From Bacillota bacterium (GTDB lineage Bacteria; Bacillota; Clostridia; Acetivibrionales; DTU013), in assembly GCA_023439545.1 (NCBI GenBank), contig JAEXNT010000036.1, forward strand, positions 25,958 to 89,957: 64,000 bases of DNA, in the 5' to 3' direction. Positions 8,404-17,866 of this stretch are shown here, in pieces (the stretch's first letter is position 1; each line of letters begins with the position of its first letter). The notes below the pieces were generated by a model. That model ran no database searches. It saw nothing but the letters and a program-made list of their open reading frames with translations, and was not told the DNA's origin. A program made the translations under genes and the position numbers.

Positions 8404-9795
8404 CTACTCCGTCTTGATTGCTTCCAGAGCGCTGAGCTTCATTGCTCGTCTGGCAGGCATAAAGCCTGATATAAGCCCTACCAGCGTTGCAAATCCAAGC
8501 GATGCCACAGCCAGCCACACCGGTATCACCGAGATGATATTTTTTTCACCGGGATATCCTCCGCCTCCTAAGATCCCCCCCGCAAAATTATTCAGCAGGA
8601 AGGATGCTCCGAAGCTGAACACAAGCCCCAGGACACCCCCCACAAGTCCGATCATTCCGGCCTCGAAAAGGAACAGGTTCCTGATATCTGCGAGCATACA
8701 GCCGAGGACTTTCATAACGCCAATTTCCCTGGTTCTTTCATATATCGACATTATCATGGTGTTGGTAATGCCAAGCGCTGCCACGAAGAGCGATATTGCA
8801 CCGATGCCGCCAAGTACGGCCTGCATTGTCGCGGATTGCTGCTGCATGCTTTCAAGGATATCTGTCAGACTATAGGTGCCGTATCCCATATTCTTTATTT
8901 CTGCCGAAACCTTTTGAACGTTATTTATGTCTTTAACCTTTACCTTGACCTGTTGGTAGCCTTCCGGCTGTCCGGAACTAAAGCGCGCTCCCTGTGAAGC
9001 CTGCGCCCGTTCATTTTCCTTTGTGATCTTCTTGAGGTATTCGATGTTCATATAAATGCTGTAGGATTTATCATCCTGCGAAGCCTCAAGGATACCGACG
9101 CCCTTGACCTTATAAAGCGTCGGCGGTTTGGTCGGGGTGTTCCCGCCACCTCCCGCAGGCCTGCGTTCTCCATAGCTCATGTCAAAGGTCATCACAAGCT
9201 TATCGTTAAGCACGTCTACATCGGGCGCGGGTCTTTCAGCAGCGTCCCCGCCCATTCCCCTGCTGAAGTAGAAATACCTTCCGCCACCATTGCTGGAAGC
9301 CCTTGGATTATAAAAATTGTATGGCGTCTCGCTTCCAAACAACAGCGACGCCGTGTCATCTTCAGTCAGCAGCCTGCCGGAAGCCGTTTTGAAATCGAAT
9401 GCTTCAAGAACTTTGGGGTTAACTCCCACTATATTGGCGTAAGTCGTGAATTTACCTGATACAAGCTTGAGAGAAGACTGCATATAAGGCATTACAGCCT
9501 CCACGCCCTCAATTGCTTCTATCTTTGTCACTGCCTGGTCATCAAGCGGAGTGACCTTCGACACGCCTCCGCCCTTGCCATCCTCCTGGAAAAAGTATGG
9601 ATTGACTTCTATTATATTCAGACTTCCCATTCTCTTCAGCTGCTGCTTGAAGTTCTCATTCATTCCCAAACCGATCGACAGCATGACCACGATCGACGCC
9701 GTTCCGATAAGAACGCCGAGGATGGTTAGAATGGATCTGGTTTTTCTTCTCATGAAATTTTTAAAAGCCAGCCTGACCAGATCGTTTTTATTCAT
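8404..9795 (-). CDS. MacB/FtsX-type ABC permease with a large extracytoplasmic domain
   Basis: TM1 (ILTILGVLIGTASIVVMLSI), then about 270 aa of extracellular domain, then the FtsX C-terminal 3-TM bundle (ERTREIGVMKVLG). Confidence 0.85.
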   Translation of the reverse strand: MNKNDLVRLAFKNFMRRKTRSILTILGVLIGTASIVVMLSIGLGMNENFKQQLKRMGSLNIIEVNPYFFQEDGKGGGVSKVTPLDDQAVTKIEAIEGVEAVMPYMQSSLKLVSGKFTTYANIVGVNPKVLEAFDFKTASGRLLTEDDTASLLFGSETPYNFYNPRASSNGGGRYFYFSRGMGGDAAERPAPDVDVLNDKLVMTFDMSYGERRPAGGGGNTPTKPPTLYKVKGVGILEASQDDKSYSIYMNIEYLKKITKENERAQASQGARFSSGQPEGYQQVKVKVKDINNVQKVSAEIKNMGYGTYSLTDILESMQQQSATMQAVLGGIGAISLFVAALGITNTMIMSIYERTREIGVMKVLGCMLADIRNLFLFEAGMIGLVGGVLGLVFSFGASFLLNNFAGGILGGGGYPGEKNIISVIPVWLAVASLGFATLVGLISGFMPARRAMKLSALEAIKTE

Positions 9796-12217
9796 CCAGA
9801 CTCATTTCCTTCCTTCTGTTATGCCTTTTCCTGAGTATAATAAACACAACGGCTGCCAGAACCAGAAGTCCCGCTCCTCCGCCTATATATATCCAAATGC
9901 TGGGCTTGGCAGGTCCCGCCCCCATGATCGGCTTTCCGTCGGGTCCTATTACCATACCGTCCTTGCCGACCGGCATACCGTTGCCATCCATCGGTCCCTG
10001 CGGAGCCATTTCACTCACGTTCAGTGCAAATTCCTTGCGTATTTCGGTCTTTTTACCGTTCGCATCCTCGAAGGTGAATAGGACGCTGCCCTTTTGCTGA
10101 CCAACAGCTTTGGGCATCGCTGATACGTCGAAGAAGTCGGTTCTGCCGGATTCGAAATTACCTACGTAATAGCTCAGGTTTTGTCCGTCAAAATCTCCTT
10201 CAAGCTTGACCATAAGGTTATAAAGCGTCGATTTGCCCATATTGTAAAAATCGAGGTAGAATTGAACCGGCTGTCCGACAAAGGCTTCGGGAGCAAGGTT
10301 CAGATCACCCGTCGTAAGTCTGGGATTCTGCAGTACTCTTACACTCATGGTCTCTTTCGCGGTAAACGGATTTCCCTTGCTGTCTTCGTATTCGAAGTCA
10401 ACCGTCAGCATGTATGATTTCTGCTCCGCGTCGGGTTTTACGTGCAGCAGCAGCTCTCTCTCGACGTTCTGCTTGCTCGGTATTCCTTCAATGAAAAAAG
10501 TATTGCCGGAGTCGGTCGGTGTGAAAGTACCATCGTCCGAGGAAACCGTTACTTTAATGTTGGAAACATCTATCGCCCTGCTTGTATTGAGGAAGGACAT
10601 CTTTAGTTTGAAATCTTCTCCCGCATTGACCGGGAAGGGATCCATGGAATAATTGTCTATGATTATCCTTGGTACGGACTTGCTTGAACCGCTGCCTTCA
10701 ATATAAGCACCGATGTATTGGGTAGCCGTATATTTGGCGCCGAAAACATCCTCATACTCGACGTTTATCGCTACAGGGTAGTTCTTGGTAACGGCATCAT
10801 CCGCCGCAAACAACTTGAATGAGACGTTTTTGCTGCTGTTGGCGCCAAGCTTGTCAACGTAGATAGGATTCATCGACTTTACTACAAGAGCCGCGTCCGC
10901 CGTCAGCGATACCTTTACGTTTCTGGCAACCGCACCGCTGTTGTTCCTGAGATCAAAGCCTACTGTGAAATCATCCCCGGTACCGAGCGCAGACTGAGGC
11001 GATACGATTTTTTCAAAGCTGATTTCCGGCCTTGAACCTTCGCCCTCTCCTGCGGGTACGAATATTTGGTTCTGTTCGGAAAGGCTGTTACCGTTCAAAT
11101 CGCTATAATCCATTTTTACAGTAAGCTCATTGCTTCCTGCTGCACCGGAAGCAGGCATCAGGAGCCTATAGGTAACGACCTGGTTCGCTCCTCCGCCGAT
11201 CTGGTCCACATACTTTACATCGGTGGAGTTATCAGTCGTAAAGCCCCCGCTTTTCAAGCCCTGCAGCGTTATCTTGATATCCTTTGCAGAAGCTTTCCCT
11301 AGGTTCTTCAGTGAGATATCAAGCAATATGGCATCCGAAGACCCGGTATTCTGTCTTACAGAAACATTGTCGACGTTAAGCTTCGGGCTGGCATTATCGT
11401 TCGATACCCTTACGTAAACAGTCTCCGAAGTGCTGATCGGAATATTGTAGGCATTTTCAAAATCATAGTTCAGCTTGAATGCATACAAACCGGCGGGAGC
11501 GCTGCTCAACACGCTTAAATCGAACGAGACTTCCTTTGTTTCGTTTCCGTTTATGTAATCGATGCTCTGACGCAAGCTGAAATTGTCGAGCACCAGCGGC
11601 GCCTTTGTCTCATCGACCATCTTCAGAGTTACATCGATATTTCTTGCCTGGTAGATGCTGTTGTTCTTTATGGGGTAAGTAACTTTCTGCGTGCTGCCCG
11701 CCTTGATCGTAGGAATGTTGGAACTGTTGGTGATTTCCAGCCTGGGCTTGAAATCCGACGGATCCGCATTGGAAGAGGAATTGCCGGAATCTTCATCTAC
11801 GCCTGTAACGTTTACAGATATATTCTGTACATAATCCTGCCCGCCCTTTTTATAACGCAGAGTTATTACAGCTGTATTTCCCTTCCCCATATATTTCAGA
11901 GTGATATCGCTGGATTTATATGGTGCGTTGTCATTTTCCAATGAGGAGTATATCTCGACGGGATCCTCATCTACCGATTCAAAACTTAAATTTGATCTTA
12001 CTTCGGCAGTAACATTTGTAAGCTCACTAGTAGACGTGTTTTGGCAATAGAGGAACAGCATGAACGTAGTTCCCTTTTTAATATCTTCTTTTATACTCTG
12101 ATCCGTACTCAAAACTTTTATAAAAGTCCCCGCCTGTTCGGCCGCAAAAGCTATGGACCCGCTAAACACCTGCAGGCACAGCATCAGCGCCATGAATATT
12201 ACTGTCAACTTCCTCAT
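9788..12217 (-). CDS. signal-peptide protein with six CARDB/COG1361-like beta-sandwich repeats and a C-terminal TM anchor
   Basis: The ~110-aa modules recur with cores such as VTYPIKNNSIYQARNIDVTLKM, LLDISLKNLGKASAKDIKITLQG, FTVGFDLRNNSGAVARNVKVSLT, FKLKMSFLNTSRAIDVSNIKVTVS and VQFYLDFYNMGKSTLYNLMVKLEG. The C-terminus reads WIYIGGGAGLLVLAAVVFIILRKRHNRRK. I chose the start at MRKLTV (12217) because AGGGGGG precedes it. Confidence 0.75.
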   Translation of the reverse strand: MRKLTVIFMALMLCLQVFSGSIAFAAEQAGTFIKVLSTDQSIKEDIKKGTTFMLFLYCQNTSTSELTNVTAEVRSNLSFESVDEDPVEIYSSLENDNAPYKSSDITLKYMGKGNTAVITLRYKKGGQDYVQNISVNVTGVDEDSGNSSSNADPSDFKPRLEITNSSNIPTIKAGSTQKVTYPIKNNSIYQARNIDVTLKMVDETKAPLVLDNFSLRQSIDYINGNETKEVSFDLSVLSSAPAGLYAFKLNYDFENAYNIPISTSETVYVRVSNDNASPKLNVDNVSVRQNTGSSDAILLDISLKNLGKASAKDIKITLQGLKSGGFTTDNSTDVKYVDQIGGGANQVVTYRLLMPASGAAGSNELTVKMDYSDLNGNSLSEQNQIFVPAGEGEGSRPEISFEKIVSPQSALGTGDDFTVGFDLRNNSGAVARNVKVSLTADAALVVKSMNPIYVDKLGANSSKNVSFKLFAADDAVTKNYPVAINVEYEDVFGAKYTATQYIGAYIEGSGSSKSVPRIIIDNYSMDPFPVNAGEDFKLKMSFLNTSRAIDVSNIKVTVSSDDGTFTPTDSGNTFFIEGIPSKQNVERELLLHVKPDAEQKSYMLTVDFEYEDSKGNPFTAKETMSVRVLQNPRLTTGDLNLAPEAFVGQPVQFYLDFYNMGKSTLYNLMVKLEGDFDGQNLSYYVGNFESGRTDFFDVSAMPKAVGQQKGSVLFTFEDANGKKTEIRKEFALNVSEMAPQGPMDGNGMPVGKDGMVIGPDGKPIMGAGPAKPSIWIYIGGGAGLLVLAAVVFIILRKRHNRRKEMSLDE

Positions 12218-12965
12218 TCGAAACCCCCCTGGCATTATTTATAATGTCTATTTTTTCTATATTACCGTCCAGAATGTGGACGATCCTGTCGGCATAAGCG
12301 GCGATCTCCAGATCGTGCGTAACTATTACGAGCGTCTGGTTGTTATCCCTCGCCATTTTCGTAATAAGCTCCATGACTTCCTTTGTTGTCTTGGAATCAA
12401 GGTTTCCTGTAGGTTCGTCCGCAAAAACTATCTCCGGCATCCCTACGAACGCTCTCGCAATGCCCACGCGCTGCTGCTGTCCGCCGCTCATCTGCGACGG
12501 CTTGTGCTTCTCGTGCGAGGACAAGCCAACGGCTTTTAACATATCCTGGGCTTTTTTATCCCGCTTCGATCTGGAAATACCTTTGAAGGTAAGAGGCATG
12601 CTTACATTTTCAAGCGCCGTGAGCATCGGAAGCAGGTTGTAGGACTGAAAGACAAAGCCCACATTCTCCTGCCGGAATTTTGCAAGCTGCTTTTCCGACA
12701 TTTTTTCAATCGCCTTGCCTTTGATATGTATCGAACCCTTGGTCGGCTTCTCGAGCCCTGCCATAAGGTTCAACAGCGTTGACTTACCGGAACCGGAGGT
12801 CCCTAGAAGACAGCAAAATTCGCCTTTTTTTATTTCCAGGCTTACATTATCCAGCGCAACGACCTTTTCCTCACCGACCCGGTACACTTTCCTGAGATTT
12901 TTCAATTCTATGATGTTTTTTTCCAAGCTACGATCAGGCTCCTTTGTAACCATTTTGTAAAACAT
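12162..12965 (-). CDS. ABC transporter ATP-binding protein (MacB/LolD-type)
   Basis: Walker A GTSGSGKST, signature SGGQQQR, Walker B IVFADEPT. Its 3' end overlaps the next gene by 56 nt. Confidence 0.9.
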   Translation of the reverse strand: MFYKMVTKEPDRSLEKNIIELKNLRKVYRVGEEKVVALDNVSLEIKKGEFCCLLGTSGSGKSTLLNLMAGLEKPTKGSIHIKGKAIEKMSEKQLAKFRQENVGFVFQSYNLLPMLTALENVSMPLTFKGISRSKRDKKAQDMLKAVGLSSHEKHKPSQMSGGQQQRVGIARAFVGMPEIVFADEPTGNLDSKTTKEVMELITKMARDNNQTLVIVTHDLEIAAYADRIVHILDGNIEKIDIINNARGVSNEEVDSNIHGADAVPAGV

Positions 12966-13045
12966 AAATACATATGGCCGGTAACCAACGAATAGTTAGA
13001 CGGTCAACTGTGGCAGAAGGTTCCGTTTTTTTAGAAAAACTTGTA

Positions 13046-14785
13046 TCAATATTCCTGACTGCTGAACTGTATTTCGCAAAGCTGCTTGTACACACCATTA
13101 TACGCAAGAAGTTCCGAATGGTTTCCGGATTCTGCTATTTTTCCGTTTTCAATAACAAGGATCGTATCCGCCCGCTTTACAGTCGACAGCCTGTGAGCGA
13201 CCACAATTATCGTCCTGCTCTCGGTCAGTTCCTGTATGGCCTGCTGTATCTTGGCCTCGGTTTCTACGTCCACAGCGGCAGTCGCTTCATCAAAGATCAG
13301 TATGGGCGTATTTCGCAACACCGCTCTTGCGATGGACAGGCGTTGTTTCTGACCGCCCGAGAGTTTGACGCCTCTCTCCCCTATTACCGTATCATAGCCC
13401 TCCGGCAGCTCGCTGATGAATTCGTCCGCCCTCGCTGTTTTGGCGGCCTGTATAATTTCATCCATCGTGGCTTCCTTACTGCCGTATGCAATGTTTTCAG
13501 CAACTGAGCCGTTGAAAAGAAAAATATCCTGGAGTACTATACTTATCTGATTTCGCAGAGATGATAACGTGATCTCCCTCAGATCCCTGCCGTCCAGCAG
13601 GATATTGCCCGATACGGGATCGTAAAAACGTGCGATCAGACTGATCACTGTTGTCTTGCCCACACCCGTAGGGCCTACGAGTGCAATCATTTTCCCGGGT
13701 TCGGCCCTGAAGCTTATATCCCGGAGTACAGGGATTCCGTCGACATAATTAAAGCACACGTTTTCAAATGCGATATCACCCTTGCCTCGCGGGACATCCA
13801 CCGCCCCGGGGCTGTCCTTGATATCCGGCTCGGTGTCGAGAACTTCAAATACCCTGTCCGCTCCCGCAATAGACTGCTGGAGATCCTCGATCACCCTTGC
13901 GAGGTTGCTGATCGGCTGGTAGAACAAATTGAGGAACAGCAGGAACGCCACGATATCCGGGATGGTAAGGCGGTCGCCAAGAGCCAGCCAGCTTCCGAAA
14001 AATACAACTATGACTGTGCCGAACGAGCTGACTGCTTCGACAGCAGGATGGAAAACAGCGCTCAGCTGCAAGGCGTGCAGTAAAGCCGAGACATAGCTTT
14101 CCGCCCTCTTCCTTATACGTTTCTTTTCGCGGTGCTGCTGATTGAAGACCTGTATCTCCTTCATTCCGGAAATGTTATCCTGCAGCGTAGCATTGAGCTC
14201 TGCAAGGTTATTCTGCGCGACGCGGAAATTGGGCCTGATCTTGTTAACAAACAACCAGCTGCCGTATAAAAGGAAGGGAATGGGTATTAGTGTCAGCAGC
14301 GCCAGATAAACGTTCATAGTAAACAGTATTATCGCAACGCCCAGGACAACCAGAAGGTTGGCCAGCAGCTCCGGGACTACGTGTGCTATCAGCATCTCGA
14401 ACGTAGCGGTATCATTTACCGCTCTCGACATGAGCTGGCCGGTCTGTTTGTCCTGGTAGTACTTGAGCGACAATTTCTGCAAATGGTCATAGACGCGCAC
14501 CCTCATGTCAGTGACGAGGTTCCAGGCCGCCTTGTGGCTAAGATAATTGTTGAAGTAGCGGAACAATATGCGCAATATGTATGTACCCGCGAGTATTAAC
14601 GCAATACTTCGGACAGCCGTTATGGACGCTTCACTGAAATCATTCGTCAGTATTTCCATGAGATCTCTTATGTACAAAGGGCCTAACAGATTCAATACGG
14701 TAATTGCCAGTATGCTGACCCCTGAAACGGTCAGCAGAAACCAGTAAGGTTTTGCATATCTGACAAGCCTGAAAACATTTTTCAT
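13046..14785 (-). CDS. ABC exporter, fused permease-ATPase (MsbA/type I exporter fold)
   Basis: Six-TM N-terminal half, then Walker A GPTGVGKTT, signature LSGGQKQR, Walker B ILIFDEATAAVD. Confidence 0.9.
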   Translation of the reverse strand: MKNVFRLVRYAKPYWFLLTVSGVSILAITVLNLLGPLYIRDLMEILTNDFSEASITAVRSIALILAGTYILRILFRYFNNYLSHKAAWNLVTDMRVRVYDHLQKLSLKYYQDKQTGQLMSRAVNDTATFEMLIAHVVPELLANLLVVLGVAIILFTMNVYLALLTLIPIPFLLYGSWLFVNKIRPNFRVAQNNLAELNATLQDNISGMKEIQVFNQQHREKKRIRKRAESYVSALLHALQLSAVFHPAVEAVSSFGTVIVVFFGSWLALGDRLTIPDIVAFLLFLNLFYQPISNLARVIEDLQQSIAGADRVFEVLDTEPDIKDSPGAVDVPRGKGDIAFENVCFNYVDGIPVLRDISFRAEPGKMIALVGPTGVGKTTVISLIARFYDPVSGNILLDGRDLREITLSSLRNQISIVLQDIFLFNGSVAENIAYGSKEATMDEIIQAAKTARADEFISELPEGYDTVIGERGVKLSGGQKQRLSIARAVLRNTPILIFDEATAAVDVETEAKIQQAIQELTESRTIIVVAHRLSTVKRADTILVIENGKIAESGNHSELLAYNGVYKQLCEIQFSSQEY

Positions 14786-14827
14786 TTATATATCACCTGT
14801 CCTTACGCAACCTGCCTTTTGGCAATG

Positions 14828-14860
14828 AAAAGAAATAGGCCCGCACTGACAGCCTATTTC
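14828..14860 (-). terminator. intrinsic-terminator-like hairpin inside the 5' leader of the ABC exporter gene
   Basis: The minus strand reads GAAATAGGC, an 11-nt loop, GCCTATTTC, then TTTTCATT. It sits 45-75 nt upstream of the ATG at 14785 and downstream of the predicted promoter. Confidence 0.45.
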
Positions 14861-14921
14861 CATTTGGAGGTTGAGAATATATAACAAATGCCTATAAGAA
14901 GAATTTGCTAGGTTCATGGTA

Positions 14922-14950
14922 ATTATATCATTCACGATATATTGGGTCAA
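14922..14950 (-). promoter_or_regulatory. sigma-A promoter of the ABC exporter gene
   Basis: The minus strand reads TTGACC, a 17-nt spacer, then TATAAT. Confidence 0.55.
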
Positions 14951-15063
14951 TATATATTTTTACAACAATATATTGTACTTTCAAGAGGCATGCAAAAATG
15001 CCATCCGGCGTTTTCAGCAACAAACAATCATATAAATTATATATTTTCAGTTTTTCTGTAAGA

Positions 15064-15092
15064 TTGTAAAATAATAGCGGATATTTTATAAT
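15064..15092 (+). promoter_or_regulatory. sigma-A promoter of the tandem beta-propeller/Gly-rich genes
   Basis: TTGTAA, a 17-nt spacer, then TATAAT, about 38 nt upstream of the ATG at 15130. No comparable promoter exists in the 43-bp gap before the second paralog. Confidence 0.5.
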
Positions 15093-15129
15093 GAAGATAA
15101 AATATGGAAAAATGTGCGGATGGTGAAAT

Positions 15130-17823
15130 ATGCGTAGAAAATGTTTTTCAATGTCAATTATCATCATACTCCTGACGGCCTTGATACCACTTCCCGGAAC
15201 AGCGGGACCGGTTACGACTGAACAACAGGCTGCAGAAAGTCAGAATTCGGCGATTCCTCAACGACCGGCTGCCAATGGATTTTCCCGTCAATCGCCTTAT
15301 GCGGGAACGGAGAAGGGATTGCGCCACTGGGTATACCAATCCGGCCTTCACACAGCATCAACGCCCGTAATCGACCCGAATGGAACAGCATATTTCACTG
15401 CCGGAAAAGATTTGATTGCCGTCGATCGTACAGGAAAAAAACTATGGTCCTGGCGCAGCGCGGTAGCTCTCACAAACAGCCCTGAACTGGGCAGCGACGG
15501 CAAAATATTTATCACTTCCGAAGCAGGAGATCTGTTCGCACTAGACTCCACGGGTTCGGAATCGTGGACGTTCAGGCATACGCCCCCTGAAACTTATAAT
15601 ATCACAAACGTCACCGCAAGATCATGCTCAAGCTGCTCTGTGGGTCCGGACGGTACTATTTTTTATATGGTCTGCTATAATTCCTTGGAGACTTATGAAG
15701 TTATCCTCTACGCCATTAATCCGAATGGCAGTATAAAATGGTCGACCAGTTCAAGCAAAAAGAGTTTGCAGGCATGTAAACCCGTTGTCAGCAATGACGG
15801 GACGGTTTTCTTCGGATATACGCAAGAAGTACCAAGTTCGGTCAGGGCAAGGTTCGGACTCATTGTCATGACGACAACATATGCAACTGTCGCAGCGTAT
15901 GAAAGCAACGGCAAATTATTATGGGAACAAAAAATCCTGTGTAACAACCTTACAAGTACCGCTCCTCTTTGTCCAAGCAACGAAAACGGAGTTTTTATAG
16001 GCTTGGAGAATGCACTTTATTCAATAAATTCTTCAGGCAATACAATTAAATTATTCGAATGCAACGACTTGTTTTCCGATACGAATGGGGTAGCATCGGC
16101 AAATAGTAAACAAATAGTTTTCACATCAGGCAAGGAAACATACCTGTGTGATTCCGAAGGAGTTTTGAAATGGAAATTCATTGCAGACAGCAATATCGGA
16201 AGTGCTCCTTCGGTAGACAAAAACGGCAATATCTACTTTTCATCGTCCAATGGCACCTTATATTGCCTTAATTCTCAGGGAAAAGAAAAATGGAGAAGTA
16301 TGCTTACAGGCAAGGTTTACGGCTCTTCTACCGCAATGCGGAACGACGGCGTCATTTACCAGCTGACTAGCAGCGGCGATTTGAACGCAATCGGTAAAAT
16401 AAAGGTCAAGTCGGTATCTATGAATACCCATAAGGTCACCTTACTTTCAAAGGGGATGAAGGGTATCCTGAAACTAAGCTACAGTCCCGAGGATACGTTC
16501 GATAATGCGATGGAATGGAGTTCCAGCAACCCGGCGGTCGCCACAGTGAAGGATGGCGTGGTCACGCCTGTTTCCACGGGCAAAGCACTGATAAAAGTTT
16601 ACTCTCGGACAGATAATATTTCGGACACCTGTGAAGTCACAGTCGTCACAAAGCCTGAGACGGATATGGCGCTTACTTGTGACACTGTTTTGCAGCAAAC
16701 ATTGTCATTTTATCAGGGAACTTTTACTTTCCAAAACCTCACGTTGAATGATGGTATAACCTTGACAAGCGAAGGCGCCTCAGAGATTGAGCTGATAGTA
16801 AAAGGGTCTCTAAACATCGAAAAAAATGCGTCGATTCGGGTAAGAAACGGATACTACTCTTTTGCCCCTACATTGCCTATCTCATCACTTACATCAGAGA
16901 AATTAAAAAAAGCGACAACCTTACGAAGTGCATGCGTATTAAGCATTCCCTACCTCTATGGCAAAGGCGGAAACGGCGGAGCCGGAGGCGATGGTTCGTG
17001 TATAAATGCGATTGTACGGCAAGAAGGCATGGCTGTCGGTTTTTTTGAAGAGCAGCGTGCTGCGGGCGGAGGCGGCGGAGGCGGCGGCTTTGGCGGCGGG
17101 CTCGGAGGTAAGGGCGGCAATTTGTTTACTGAATTTATTAACAAAACCAATTATGCTGCTCAGCTCTCGGGTATGGGGACAGCAGGCGAAAATGATGGTA
17201 AAAACGGCGGCAATGTAACCGATTTTAACAAATCGTTCCAGCCAGGCAGAGAAGTTACGTTGTCAGGCGGTGAAGGTGGCGGCGCACTAAACACAGGTAA
17301 TTCCGGCGCCACCGGTAAATCCGTGCCCGACGGCGGTAGCGGGGGCGGCGGTAATGGCGGCTACGGCGGCGAAGGCATGTTCGGAAGCATGATTTCAAAG
17401 GAAGCTGCAATAGGTCCTTTAGGCGGCGGAGGAGGAGGCGGCGGAGGCTATGGCGGAGGCGTCCTTGTGATCGCAGCCGGATCCATTAACGTTAAACCCG
17501 GTAATATCCCCTGCTTCATAGTTTCGGGGCAAATGGGCGGGAAAGGCGGCTACCCCAACGGTCAGGACGGAGAAAACGGCGAAGGCGGACTGCTTGTCAT
17601 CGAAACAAACAGCTACAGACCATCGTTGTCACACTGGAATATCGGAACTGGCAGCATAGAGTGCAGCAATCCCGGCATCAACGGCGGACACGGAACTGTG
17701 ACGGGAAATCCTCAGAAGGTATTTATCAACGGCAGAGATATGGGAAGTTATGACGATAAAACAATCAGGGCCTTCAACATCCGCGACCGATCAGCGGCAT
17801 TAATAGCAAACTTGGATAAGTGA
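15130..17823 (+). CDS. secreted protein, paralog 1: PQQ/BamB-like beta-propeller repeats + Big_2 domain + glycine-rich C-terminal region
   Basis: Signal peptide MSIIIILLTALIPLPGTAG. The propeller blades recur (DPNGTAYFTAGKDLIAVDRTGKKLWSW, GSDGKIFITSEAGDLFALDSTGSESW, YAINPNGSIKWS, DKNGNIYFSSSNGTLYCLNSQGKEKW). Big_2 signature SSSNPAVATVKDGVVTPVSTGKALIKV. Glycine runs GGGGGGGGFGGGLGGKGG and GGGGGGGGYGGGVLVIAAGS. Confidence 0.85.
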   Translation: MRRKCFSMSIIIILLTALIPLPGTAGPVTTEQQAAESQNSAIPQRPAANGFSRQSPYAGTEKGLRHWVYQSGLHTASTPVIDPNGTAYFTAGKDLIAVDRTGKKLWSWRSAVALTNSPELGSDGKIFITSEAGDLFALDSTGSESWTFRHTPPETYNITNVTARSCSSCSVGPDGTIFYMVCYNSLETYEVILYAINPNGSIKWSTSSSKKSLQACKPVVSNDGTVFFGYTQEVPSSVRARFGLIVMTTTYATVAAYESNGKLLWEQKILCNNLTSTAPLCPSNENGVFIGLENALYSINSSGNTIKLFECNDLFSDTNGVASANSKQIVFTSGKETYLCDSEGVLKWKFIADSNIGSAPSVDKNGNIYFSSSNGTLYCLNSQGKEKWRSMLTGKVYGSSTAMRNDGVIYQLTSSGDLNAIGKIKVKSVSMNTHKVTLLSKGMKGILKLSYSPEDTFDNAMEWSSSNPAVATVKDGVVTPVSTGKALIKVYSRTDNISDTCEVTVVTKPETDMALTCDTVLQQTLSFYQGTFTFQNLTLNDGITLTSEGASEIELIVKGSLNIEKNASIRVRNGYYSFAPTLPISSLTSEKLKKATTLRSACVLSIPYLYGKGGNGGAGGDGSCINAIVRQEGMAVGFFEEQRAAGGGGGGGGFGGGLGGKGGNLFTEFINKTNYAAQLSGMGTAGENDGKNGGNVTDFNKSFQPGREVTLSGGEGGGALNTGNSGATGKSVPDGGSGGGGNGGYGGEGMFGSMISKEAAIGPLGGGGGGGGGYGGGVLVIAAGSINVKPGNIPCFIVSGQMGGKGGYPNGQDGENGEGGLLVIETNSYRPSLSHWNIGTGSIECSNPGINGGHGTVTGNPQKVFINGRDMGSYDDKTIRAFNIRDRSAALIANLDK

Positions 17824-17866
17824 TTTGATATGGCATAACAATACAATAATTTATGGATGGTGAAAT

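Noticed and set aside
8255-8875. 206-aa + strand ORF
   Set aside because: It is the antisense shadow of the FtsX/MacB permease gene, with a Pro/Ser-rich low-complexity translation.
14786-14917. 44-codon ORF spanning the ABC-exporter leader and ending directly at the main ATG (possible leader peptide)
   Set aside because: Its ATG sits at or before the predicted transcription start, it has no RBS, and the sequence looks random. I kept the RNA-structure explanation instead.
16956-17150. Poly-proline ORF (PPPPPPPP), and whether the GGC-rich DNA could be a repeat array or CRISPR
   Set aside because: It is the reverse complement of the poly-glycine coding runs of the Gly-rich protein. It has no spacer/repeat periodicity and no cas genes.
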